Virus record (IMG/VR): IMGVR_UViG_3300033067_000541
Coordinates: 1 to 34,324 of that record
Length of the DNA: 34,324 nucleotides
From: a virus
Lineage: Duplodnaviria > Caudoviricetes
Direction: 5' to 3' (one strand)
Part shown: positions 26,460 through 34,100 of the stretch, piece after piece
Numbering within the stretch: the first letter of the stretch is position 1
Layout: the number at the start of each line of letters is the position of its first letter
Translations under genes and position numbers: made by a program
Notes under the pieces: generated by a model
Told to the model about the DNA's origin: nothing
Seen by the model: the letters and a program-made list of their open reading frames with translations, nothing else
Databases searched by the model: none

Positions 26460-27023
26460 ATGGAACTCTTTAGCACTGAGCGTGCCCGGTTTGCAGCCAA
26501 TACCCTTGTTGGCGTGGAGATCGCCTTCGGAACACTCTCGTTCTGGTCGCATGCGGTTGAGACGTGGACGTTGATCGCCTTCGTGGTCGCCGCCCTGCTC
26601 ACCCTGACTTTCGGTTCCGTCTCCCTGCTGGCGTCCGGCGTGGTTATCCGCGCCGTGGCCGCCAATCAGGCAGAAGAGAAAGTCACCCGCGGTCTTGTCG
26701 CCTTCTGCGGCGGTGTCGTGGCGCTGATCTCGGGGTTCATGACCTGGCATGGCCTTACTTGGGCCGATGCGCAGGCCAACCTGATCCCGGGAACTGAGCT
26801 GGACTGGCTGTTCATTCCTGCAGCCGCCCTGCTCTCCGGCCTCAACCTCGTGGCGATCTACGTGTTCTGCCGCGATATCAAGCCGAAGGCGAAGCCGGCG
26901 CATCAGTCGATCGATGCGCAGATCTTCGGAACCCCTTCACCCGTTGTTCCGCTTCGTCGCCCGCCAAACAACCCCGCCATTCAGGCTTCGTTGGAAGCGG
27001 TTCGGCAGAAAATGCAGGCCTGA
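26460..27023 (+). CDS. Four-TM membrane protein, moron-like, opposite strand
   Basis: 187 aa with four hydrophobic segments; AGAGGA SD about 10 nt upstream; has its own terminator; occupies a gap between minus-strand genes. Confidence 0.8.
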   Translation: MELFSTERARFAANTLVGVEIAFGTLSFWSHAVETWTLIAFVVAALLTLTFGSVSLLASGVVIRAVAANQAEEKVTRGLVAFCGGVVALISGFMTWHGLTWADAQANLIPGTELDWLFIPAAALLSGLNLVAIYVFCRDIKPKAKPAHQSIDAQIFGTPSPVVPLRRPPNNPAIQASLEAVRQKMQA

Positions 27024-27029
27024 TTGCGG

Positions 27030-27065
27030 AACGCCCTCGGAAAAATCCGGGGGCGTTTTGCTTTT
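27030..27065 (+). terminator. Rho-independent terminator of the plus-strand membrane gene
   Basis: AACGCCCTCGGA-AAAA-TCCGGGGGCGTT followed by TTGCTTTT, 6 nt after the stop codon. Confidence 0.85.
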
Positions 27066-27591
27066 AGTCCGTCAGAAACTCGATATTCCCCCGCAGCACA
27101 ATCCCGCCACCTGTTGGAACATCTGCGACAGCGATTCCGCTGATCGCCTGGCCGCTCCCGCTTCCCACAAACTCGATGATGGCCGAGTTTTCGTTCATTG
27201 CTGTGCAGACGCTGGAATAGCTGGCCTTAGTTATTCCGGCCCATACCAGAGCTCCGCTGTGGCGCTCGGTCGCCACATTTCGGGTCGTATGAGGCGATCC
27301 AGTCACACGCAGCGCGCCGCTCGCCGCGGTGTGCGTGAAGGTCGTTGTGTAAAGGCTGAAGGTCAGGCGAACGAGGTTGCCGATCTTGGCCCAGCTTCCC
27401 GTCTGTCCGCCTGAGCCATAGACAACGTTGAGGTCGCCAGGCGTGGCGAAGGTGATCACAGGCGTCCATGACCCGGTGATTACCAACGCACTATGCAGCA
27501 CATGGCCCTTTGAGCCATCGGCAAGCTCCGCTGCAAACTTGGTTGTCGCAGCCGGGGTCCGCGCCGTGGTCGTGAACTTCGTCCCGCTCAT
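27064..27591 (-). CDS. Virion protein resembling a tail-fibre C-terminal (knob) domain
   Basis: 175 aa; GSWTPVI.F....G...QTGSW.KIGNLV.L.F...GAL.VTG.P pattern typical of fibre tip domains. Confidence 0.6.
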   Translation of the reverse strand: MSGTKFTTTARTPAATTKFAAELADGSKGHVLHSALVITGSWTPVITFATPGDLNVVYGSGGQTGSWAKIGNLVRLTFSLYTTTFTHTAASGALRVTGSPHTTRNVATERHSGALVWAGITKASYSSVCTAMNENSAIIEFVGSGSGQAISGIAVADVPTGGGIVLRGNIEFLTD

Positions 27592-27762
27592 CTAGTTACT
27601 CCAGAAAACGGGTGTGTTGTCAGACCACAGAACAGGCGTGCCATCCGACCAGTAAACGTCGCTGTCGATTGTCACGTCCGGATCTGATCCTTCTTCTCCA
27701 CCCTCGATCACGCGGGTGACAGGCTGCGTCAGCGGTCGGATAAGCTTCCGGGAAACGCTCAT
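27592..27762 (-). CDS. 56-aa protein with Trp-Ser-Asp repeats
   Basis: Below the ORF-track cutoff. MSVSRKLIRPLTQPVTRVIEGGEEGSDPDVTIDSDVYWSDGTPVLWSDNTPVFWSN; TAATG overlap upstream; TAG directly abuts the next ATG. Confidence 0.75.
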   Translation of the reverse strand: MSVSRKLIRPLTQPVTRVIEGGEEGSDPDVTIDSDVYWSDGTPVLWSDNTPVFWSN

Positions 27763-27989
27763 TACGCCCTCAGCCTCATGCCTTCAGCGTTCCGGGCGTC
27801 TTCTGCCTTGAGCAGATTCCGGTTTTCCCGTTCCGCCCTGTCGTGGGCTTCCCGCAACTGTTTCATCGCCTGCTGGAGGATGATCATCCGGCGCTCAGGG
27901 TGGAGCTTGTTGAATTTGTTCGTGAAGTGAAGGGTTGCCTTGCCCAAGCCGAAAATGGGCGCGCGAAGTCTGGCGAAGATGGGCATCAT
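27762..27989 (-). CDS. Hypothetical protein (helical, basic)
   Basis: 75 aa, coupled by overlaps on both sides. Confidence 0.65.
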   Translation of the reverse strand: MMPIFARLRAPIFGLGKATLHFTNKFNKLHPERRMIILQQAMKQLREAHDRAERENRNLLKAEDARNAEGMRLRA

Positions 27990-28579
27990 CTTGTGGGCCT
28001 TGGCTTGCCGACAGGCTTTTGAGGCTCTGCTCGCTTGAGGTCAGGGCCTGTCGCGGCTTTGAGGTTCGCACCCGGGCGGTGGGGGTCTTGGGATTTGGTG
28101 ATGGCGCGCTTTCCATCTGGCGTGCCGGTCGGCGCCATCTCGGGGTCGCCTACCCGTTTCCCCGGGATCGCGTTGAGGATTTTGCTGACCATCCGCCGGC
28201 CAAGGCTGGGCGGGGCCTGCTTCACCGGGAAGTCGATTGCGTCAACAGGCGAGCCGTTGAGAATGGCGTCAGTCTCAGGGCTCCAGCTCACCCGGATGCG
28301 CGCCGTGGTCCGGGTCGCATCGATCATGCAGTCCGCAACAGGCCACTCCCGCGTCACCTGCGGAACAGAGATCATGTCCGGGAACTCGGCTATCAGGCAT
28401 TCCACGATGACCTGACGGGCGCGCTCCTCCAGCTGAACCTCTGCCTGCCTGACGTGATAGACATGCGTCGGGAAGTCCGAACAGGCCTTGTGGATCTGGC
28501 CGCGGACGAATTCGATGAAGCCGTGGGAATTGTGGTTTTCGAAGCGGCGGGGCGGAGGGCCGGGAGGTTTTGTCGACAT
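27986..28579 (-). CDS. Hypothetical protein, first gene after the putative late promoter
   Basis: 197 aa; strong AAGGGAGG SD; Pro/Lys-rich disordered C-terminus. Confidence 0.75.
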   Translation of the reverse strand: MSTKPPGPPPRRFENHNSHGFIEFVRGQIHKACSDFPTHVYHVRQAEVQLEERARQVIVECLIAEFPDMISVPQVTREWPVADCMIDATRTTARIRVSWSPETDAILNGSPVDAIDFPVKQAPPSLGRRMVSKILNAIPGKRVGDPEMAPTGTPDGKRAITKSQDPHRPGANLKAATGPDLKRAEPQKPVGKPRPTR

Positions 28580-28823
28580 GGGGCCTCCCTTTAAGTCCTT
28601 GGGCGGACTCAGAAATCCTACGCGTTGATGATGTGGGCCGCGCCGAAAGCCGAAGCTGGCGCGGCCCCTTGCTGCTAATGGAGCGCGGAGGCTCCTAGCG
28701 GAACTGGATTTAGGACGAGAACCGCTATCGCTGCCCCTCGACGGGACCGCTTACGGCAGGGCAGCTCAGCAAAAGCAGCGAGCACGCGCTGGGGGCAGCA
28801 CCGTACCTAACAACAGCCCACGG
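28580..28823 (-). ncRNA. Long structured 5' leader / candidate small RNA
   Basis: No credible ORF. Stems GCTGCCC/GGGCAGC, TAGCGG/CCGCTA, GGAGC/GCTCC, GGGCCGCGCC-AGC-TTCG-GCT-TTC-GGCGCGGCCC, AGTCC/GGACT. Confidence 0.5.
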
Positions 28824-28828
28824 CAGGG

Positions 28829-28857
28829 ATAGTGGTCTGGTTTGCTTTATTCGTCAA
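28829..28857 (-). promoter_or_regulatory. Sigma70-type promoter, putative late promoter
   Basis: TTGACG (28857-28852), 17-nt spacer, CACTAT (28834-28829); intergenic and pointing into the morphogenesis operon. Confidence 0.65.
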
Positions 28858-28873
28858 CCGGTTGAGTAGAGGC

Positions 28874-29731
28874 TCAAGAACCCACGCGCTGAACATCCGC
28901 CAGCTCGTACTTCCCAAGCTGGCGGGCGATCTTCTTGAAGTCCGGCCCTCGCGTGTTGAACTTCAGGAACGACTCCGCGCTTTCCTTCCAGTTGAAGAAC
29001 TTCTCGCGGATCTCCCAAGCGGTCTCGCCATAGGCAGTGTGATCGCCCCACGTGTCAGGCGACATGCGCAGGGAAGGGTGAGCAACCTCCGCCATGTGCT
29101 TTTCATTCCGCGCCCATGCTTCATCTGGTCCAATGTCCGACATTTGCTGCCATGGGTCGTTGTCCGCTTCCTCGTCATAGACAAAGCCGCAGTAGTCGGG
29201 GCGTGGGAATGAATCAGTGACGCTGTAGGACGTATAGAGATTGCCCGGAGCCGTTTCGTCGCGCAGTAGCTTGATCACCGCTTCCCAGCCCATTTCGTCA
29301 CGCAGGAATTTGACAGCGCGGCCCTTCTCAATGATGGACGCTAGCCATTCGCGGTCCCGCTCGGCAACCCATGTGTGGATTTCACAGCCGCCATGAATGT
29401 TGGCGGCCAGACGGTAGAGATCGCTTCCGCCAGCAACTGCTGTGGCGAGTGATGACAGCCACCAGTTGAACGGCTCGGGATTCTTATCGCCGAACATGCC
29501 ATGGCGAAGCCGCATCGCAACGTGTTCTGCCTTGCTTAGCCACTTGCGATCTTCGGGCGTCACGTCTGGCCAGCACCAGCCAACGAAGGCCGTGATGTAG
29601 CCGTCACCCATGCCGTCCTTGAGGCCAAGCGCGGTCCATGCGAAATCATCAATGCGGATTCCGAACATGTGGCGCTCAGGTCCGCGAACGCGCGCCTCTT
29701 TGGTCTTCGTGATGAATGCTATTGAGCTCAT
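28874..29731 (-). CDS. Hypothetical protein (Trp-rich, globular)
   Basis: 285 aa; GAGG SD; follows the NusG-like gene; no family recognised. Confidence 0.75.
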   Translation of the reverse strand: MSSIAFITKTKEARVRGPERHMFGIRIDDFAWTALGLKDGMGDGYITAFVGWCWPDVTPEDRKWLSKAEHVAMRLRHGMFGDKNPEPFNWWLSSLATAVAGGSDLYRLAANIHGGCEIHTWVAERDREWLASIIEKGRAVKFLRDEMGWEAVIKLLRDETAPGNLYTSYSVTDSFPRPDYCGFVYDEEADNDPWQQMSDIGPDEAWARNEKHMAEVAHPSLRMSPDTWGDHTAYGETAWEIREKFFNWKESAESFLKFNTRGPDFKKIARQLGKYELADVQRVGS

Positions 29732-29738
29732 GGGAACC

Positions 29739-30302
29739 TCATGCAGCTTTATAGCACTGCTCGACCGGAAGCCGAAGCTCTTGAAGACGCCCGAGAAGCG
29801 TCAGGTGGAAGATCGCCTCCCCTGCCTGGATGTCCTGCACAGGTAGATCGAAGCCTTCGAATGAAGGGTGGGCAAGTCGGACGATGTCCCCGATCTTGAA
29901 CTCCTGCTGGCCTGTCCGAAAGAATTTGAAATGATCGGGAAGATTATAGTCGTCGAAGCCAAGGAACTCGCTCAGCGCCTTCGGGTCGAGTTCGGCCGGC
30001 GCGCCATTAAGGCTGACGACGGAGCGGATCAGGTGTAGCCTGCGGACCAGTTTCCACGGGCTCGGCCTCTCGCCGTTTTCGTCAATCCGGTTGAAGTCGA
30101 GGCCGATGAAAACATAGCTCGGCGCTGCGCAGAACGGCGTCGGCTTCCTGACCGGGTCTTTCTTGGTCTTCCGGCGCAGGCGCTGCTCCAGCTTCACATG
30201 GGCCTTGAGCCCATCATAGCGGAGGATCTTCATAACCATCTGCTCGCGCTGGCTGATGACGCGCAAGGCGAACCAGCGGAGGTCTTCCGTCCCCTGTCCC
30301 AT
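29739..30302 (-). CDS. NusG/RfaH-family transcription antiterminator (phage paralogue)
   Basis: NGN domain RWFALRV.SQRE..V...L...G...PSYVFI...V..NGAP; KOW FKIGDIVR....FEG; LLGR end motif. Confidence 0.88.
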   Translation of the reverse strand: MGQGTEDLRWFALRVISQREQMVMKILRYDGLKAHVKLEQRLRRKTKKDPVRKPTPFCAAPSYVFIGLDFNRIDENGERPSPWKLVRRLHLIRSVVSLNGAPAELDPKALSEFLGFDDYNLPDHFKFFRTGQQEFKIGDIVRLAHPSFEGFDLPVQDIQAGEAIFHLTLLGRLQELRLPVEQCYKAA

Positions 30303-30304
30303 GA

Positions 30305-30481
30305 CTAAGCCCTTTCCCTTGATTTGAATGCCCTGCTTGCGAGAAACATCAGGCTGCCAGTCGCAATGCTGGCCATGGAGGCCAGAGCGGCCATGTCAGC
30401 TCCATTGCGGGTCACAACCGTTATGATGGCTGTGCCGGATGTGATGAGGCCAAGACCGAGATAACAGAGAGCTTGTCTCAT
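30305..30481 (-). CDS. 58-aa two-TM membrane protein
   Basis: Hand-translated MRQALCYLGLGLITSGTAIITVVTRNGADMAALASMASIATGSLMFLASRAFKSRERA; stops 2 nt before the NusG-like ATG. Confidence 0.6.
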   Translation of the reverse strand: MRQALCYLGLGLITSGTAIITVVTRNGADMAALASMASIATGSLMFLASRAFKSRERA

Positions 30482-30548
30482 GGGGCTCTACTCGATCCTG
30501 ATTGCCCTTGGGTCTCGGGGAGCAATTCGCTCACTGGCGGTGCGTGTT

Positions 30549-30863
30549 TCACTGGATTCCGCCTTCGCTGGGGATGTTGTCGCGGGCGAACTCCGTGATG
30601 AAAACCTGAAGCTCGTTGTGGATCAGCTCCATGCGTCGCAAATCGCTTTCGGTTGGCTCGCGGTCGTCATCCATGATCGTGTTGATGGACCCGAAGAGAT
30701 GCTGGGCACCCGCAAAGAAAGCCATGCGCATCTGGTGAAGCTGATCAGGCGGCGCATCGTGCAGATCGCAGGCGATGCGCATCCCGACCCATCCAGCCTC
30801 GATGAGCTTGCCCTTGTCGGTCAGTTCCTTGGTGAGACGCTCAAGATGCTTCCGATCAGCCAC
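30549..30863 (-). CDS. Hypothetical phage protein
   Basis: DAPPDQL..MRMAFFAGA segment; probable GTG start at 30863 after GGGAGA. Confidence 0.7.
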   Translation of the reverse strand: MADRKHLERLTKELTDKGKLIEAGWVGMRIACDLHDAPPDQLHQMRMAFFAGAQHLFGSINTIMDDDREPTESDLRRMELIHNELQVFITEFARDNIPSEGGIQ

Positions 30864-31170
30864 GGTCGCTCTCCCAAGGCGCATAGAAGGTCAGATCAAC
30901 GCGGTTCTGCATCGTGTTGATTGGCGAGTCCGCGTAGTGCGTATGCGTGATCTGAAGCTTGCCTGAGAAGAGCAAGCGGAGCCGGTCACCGAGCGTGAAG
31001 TTGAGGCGCGTCTCGGTTCTGGCCCAGCCCTGCGTCAGTTCTTCATGCCGTGGCGGATCTTCGCCATGGTGATGTCGATAGCCAAAGAAACGTGCCGCCT
31101 TGTCTCCGAAGGTGGGCTTGTAGACCATGCAGCCAGCTTCAGAGACTGGCGCTGCGGTGTTCGTATTCAT
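30856..31170 (-). CDS. Hypothetical phage protein
   Basis: 104 aa; ATGA overlap upstream; DRLRLLFSGKL segment. Confidence 0.7.
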   Translation of the reverse strand: MNTNTAAPVSEAGCMVYKPTFGDKAARFFGYRHHHGEDPPRHEELTQGWARTETRLNFTLGDRLRLLFSGKLQITHTHYADSPINTMQNRVDLTFYAPWESDRG

Positions 31171-31451
31171 GCTTGCTCCGTTGTCTGTTTCGGCATCAGG
31201 CCGTACTCTGCGGTGAAGGCGCGCATCTCGGTTTCGGTGGCGATGTAGAGTGGCGGATGCGTTGGCCCCGCGACGGACAGGTAGATGCGGCCCGTCCGGG
31301 CAACCTCCTCCAGTTCGTGAGGCTCAAGCTGCCAGCACGACACAACCATTCGCCGGTTGCGGAAGATGTGCAGGTTGTTGCAGGTTTCCTCTTGGCCAGC
31401 AGGGGCCCTGAGGATCGTGTTGGCGCCGTCGAAGTTGATTGCGTTGGCCAT
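31167..31451 (-). CDS. Hypothetical phage protein
   Basis: Start at TAATG 31451: MANAINFDGAN..L.AP...C..L...VSCW....ELEE...TG.IYL.V.G..HPP. Confidence 0.75.
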   Translation of the reverse strand: MANAINFDGANTILRAPAGQEETCNNLHIFRNRRMVVSCWQLEPHELEEVARTGRIYLSVAGPTHPPLYIATETEMRAFTAEYGLMPKQTTEQA

Positions 31452-31558
31452 TACTCCGCATCTCCCCTGCTGTTGGAAAGCGCCTTGGTGATGATCCACG
31501 CGATGACGCAGGCGATCAGAACCGCTGCTGAAATCCAGAGGCCAATCTCGATGCTCAT
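31451..31558 (-). CDS. 35-aa single-TM peptide
   Basis: MSIEIGLWISAAVLIACVIAWIITKALSNSRGDAE; ATGA and TAATG overlaps at its ends. Confidence 0.65.
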   Translation of the reverse strand: MSIEIGLWISAAVLIACVIAWIITKALSNSRGDAE

Positions 31559-31776
31559 ACGCTCACCATCGCCAGAAACCCGCAGATGACGCCGAGCGGA
31601 GCAAAGACAAGCCCCGGCACAGCGTCTCGGTCGCGGAAGGATTCGTAGGTGAGATAGGCCAAGGCCAGCGTCAGGATTGCCAGAGAGGTCTTGACGATGG
31701 CAGGGATGATGAAGGCTGCGGCCGTGAGGATGGCGATGAGGACGATCCAAGGGCTGAGGTGCTTGGTGAGGGTCAT
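31555..31776 (-). CDS. 73-aa hydrophobic (2-3 TM) protein
   Basis: Highly hydrophobic; ATGA overlaps on both sides. Confidence 0.7.
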   Translation of the reverse strand: MTLTKHLSPWIVLIAILTAAAFIIPAIVKTSLAILTLALAYLTYESFRDRDAVPGLVFAPLGVICGFLAMVSV

Positions 31777-31997
31777 TTGCGCTCCGGCTCCTTCGCCATG
31801 ATCGTCATCTTTCGACCATCGCTGCCGGTGATCTCGCCGTGGTTGACGTAGCCTTCGCCCTCAAGCTGCTTGATGCGCTCGGCCATGTTCGCGGCTGGCT
31901 TTTCTCCACGAGCGATTTCGCGCGCGCTCTTCGCGGCGGACACCAGTCGCTCCCCGGCTTTGCTCTTTGACTTTTTCTTGAACCAGCCAAACATCAC
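31773..31997 (-). CDS. Hypothetical protein
   Basis: 74 aa basic; GAGGAG SD; coupled to neighbours. Confidence 0.65.
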   Translation of the reverse strand: MMFGWFKKKSKSKAGERLVSAAKSAREIARGEKPAANMAERIKQLEGEGYVNHGEITGSDGRKMTIMAKEPERK

Positions 31998-32854
31998 GCC
32001 AGCTCCTCGATCTTGGTGAGGCCGCGTGCAGCCGCCCAGTAGCCAGCTTCGCCGCCATCCCGCGCTGCGGAGAACTTGTCGCCCGGAGGCTCAGCGTCGA
32101 TGACGGCTATGTCGTCTAGCTTTGGAAGCGCGTTGAAGGCTTCATCGGAGAGGGCGGGTTGATCGTGAAGGGCTACTTGATCATGGTCAGTGGTCAGACT
32201 GTCTGATTCAATTCGCTCGGCTTCTGCGGGGGGCTCGACGATTTTGTAGGCGATGATGTTGTAGCGCGGATCGCCTTCATTGCTCCAATCGATCATGTGA
32301 GCGAACACTTCGTTGGTCTGCCCGACGCGGATATCTGGGTCGCGGCAGATGATGTCCACGATGCGTCCGTAGGGAACAGGACACTCTCCCCCGCTCCACG
32401 GGATGAAGCCTTCGGGGATCTCTACAGCAGCAACCGTGTCTGTGTTTGTTTGCTCTACTCGATCATGGTCAGTGACGACTGAAGTTCGCTCAGCGTCGGG
32501 GTGTGCCGCCGCATAGTATTCCTCGGCGCTAACCGGTCGGCGCGAACCATCAGGCATAATCTCAATGATGCCAGTCCCGTACATAAGCGCGTCATTCACC
32601 GCCTCTGCTTCTGCCGCGTCTTGTTCCGCTTGGTTGTGTACCCCGGTGTCTATGGGCTCAGGCTCGTGACCGAGTTGAGCATCTAATCCCTTCCCATCAT
32701 CAGGAGTGAGGGCTGAGATGGCTTTGTCGAGGTCTGCGATTGTCTGGTCCATTTCCGCCAGAGTTCGCTGCGCCGCGGTGATGTAGTCCGCCTGCAAAGG
32801 CCGCTCATCCAAAAGGCTCTGACGCTTCTTCTTCAGTTCATCAATCAGGCTCAT
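31994..32854 (-). CDS. Acidic hypothetical protein with N-terminal coiled coil and a W.GGECPV...IIAY phage domain
   Basis: FIPWSGGECPV...VDI..RD...W......NIIAYKIV; start at ATG 32854 or TTG 32872. Confidence 0.7.
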   Translation of the reverse strand: MSLIDELKKKRQSLLDERPLQADYITAAQRTLAEMDQTIADLDKAISALTPDDGKGLDAQLGHEPEPIDTGVHNQAEQDAAEAEAVNDALMYGTGIIEIMPDGSRRPVSAEEYYAAAHPDAERTSVVTDHDRVEQTNTDTVAAVEIPEGFIPWSGGECPVPYGRIVDIICRDPDIRVGQTNEVFAHMIDWSNEGDPRYNIIAYKIVEPPAEAERIESDSLTTDHDQVALHDQPALSDEAFNALPKLDDIAVIDAEPPGDKFSAARDGGEAGYWAAARGLTKIEELA

Positions 32855-32928
32855 TCTCTCTTCCCTATCCAATGGGGTAAACGCTACGCGGGTTTTTTAG
32901 CTCTACTCGTTCGTGTTCCGTGGATTGC

Positions 32929-33195
32929 TCACCGATCCAGTCCGCTCGGCGGCGGTGTTGATGACGAAACCAGCGGCGCGCCAAAACCCATGAGTAGGCT
33001 GGCAGCAACGAGCATCACCGGACCCGCAATGATGAGCCGGAAGATGTCGCTGGCGAATTTCGCATTGATGGCTTCGATGGAGTCGCCCTTGTACGCAGCG
33101 TTACCAGCAACCATCGCGGCAACACCTGAAGCCATGAGCGCTGTAACGAATGCGCAGAGCGCGATCAGGATGAGCCAGCTTGAAAGGGTGCTCAT
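32929..33195 (-). CDS. 88-aa two-TM membrane protein
   Basis: Two hydrophobic segments; ATGA overlap upstream. Confidence 0.65.
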   Translation of the reverse strand: MSTLSSWLILIALCAFVTALMASGVAAMVAGNAAYKGDSIEAINAKFASDIFRLIIAGPVMLVAASLLMGFGAPLVSSSTPPPSGLDR

Positions 33196-33416
33196 TGCTT
33201 CATCCTGTCGAGATACTGCTGTGTGAGGACGTCGATGCGTTGGCCACGCTCGTCCTGCGGCGAAAGCTGTTCACCATCTCCGGTGCGCAGGTCCTCATAG
33301 CGAGGTAGCTTGAAGCGACCCTGCGCCGCAAACATGCGGGCGCGCTCCATGGCGGCATCCTCTTCGCTCTGGAATGGCGCTAGCTCTTGCGGTGTTGTGA
33401 TGCCTTTCATGGTCAC
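33192..33416 (-). CDS. Hypothetical protein
   Basis: 74 aa, coupled on both sides. Confidence 0.6.
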   Translation of the reverse strand: MTMKGITTPQELAPFQSEEDAAMERARMFAAQGRFKLPRYEDLRTGDGEQLSPQDERGQRIDVLTQQYLDRMKQ

Positions 33417-33637
33417 GCTCCGGTGCGATGAATGAGTAATTGAGCGTCGATGGCTTCCATGGCGGTGTCGGCCATCTGAAGCTGCTCATCGACCACGGCG
33501 AGATGGTCCTTGAGCTCCGCATAGTGCGTGAGCATGTGGTCATGGTGTTTTTTCAGGGCCTCTTTTGCAGCCTCCAGGTCTCTGATCTTTTGCTCAGAGC
33601 GGGCCGTTCGCGCAGATTGAAGATCAACTGGCTTCAC
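33413..33637 (-). CDS. Coiled-coil hypothetical protein
   Basis: GTG 33637 after a GGAGGTGA SD; heptad-rich 74 aa (the ORF track extends it too far upstream). Confidence 0.7.
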   Translation of the reverse strand: MKPVDLQSARTARSEQKIRDLEAAKEALKKHHDHMLTHYAELKDHLAVVDEQLQMADTAMEAIDAQLLIHRTGA

Positions 33638-33704
33638 GATTTCACCTCCGCTCGTGTGCGGATTGGAAAAGCGAAACAGCCACGGGATGTAATCGAGCAG
33701 ACCT

Positions 33705-34100
33705 TCATGCCGCCCTCTCCACGGGACGTGTTGACCAGTTGGTGCGTTTGGTTCGGGCCTCAGGCGCCAGCCGGTAGCCGCGAGCCCAGACGGTTTCGAT
33801 CTCAAGCCCGAGCGGCTTCACTTTCGCCCGCAGCTTGCACATCATCGTGTCGATGGTTTTCGGATCGACATCGAGGCGGGTTGAATGCGCGGCGAAGCGT
33901 GTTGCCTCCCAGAGGAAATCCCTGCTCGCCGGACGATCCCCGCACTTCAGCATGGCGCGGACCATTGCCTCTTCGGCCGGTGACAGCCTCAACTCCTTCG
34001 GCGCCTGCCAGTCGTGGTTGAAGACGTGGCGCTCCAGATCAGCGACCTTGGCTTCCAGCGTCTCGTTACGTGCAGCGAGGATGCGACAAGTTTCACACAT
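33705..34100 (-). CDS. OmpR-type winged-helix protein, CtrA-like DNA-binding domain without a receiver domain
   Basis: Start ATG 34100 (TGATG overlap). LSPAE...PKTIDTMMCKLRAKV....IETVWARGYRL resembles the CtrA C-terminal KIIDVFICKLRKKL...IETVWGRGY; N-terminus is CxxC plus coiled coil. Confidence 0.82.
   Translation of the reverse strand: MCETCRILAARNETLEAKVADLERHVFNHDWQAPKELRLSPAEEAMVRAMLKCGDRPASRDFLWEATRFAAHSTRLDVDPKTIDTMMCKLRAKVKPLGLEIETVWARGYRLAPEARTKRTNWSTRPVERAA

Noticed and set aside
28625-28660. Hammerhead-like TTGATGA...GAAA on the plus strand
   Set aside because: The core should be CTGATGA and no convincing stems I-III form; the region is better explained by the minus-strand UUCG hairpin.
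32873-32928. Possible LexA or CtrA box in an A/T-rich gap
   Set aside because: The GTTC repeats are 2 nt apart rather than the alphaproteobacterial N7 spacing, and no TTAA-N7-TTAA is present.
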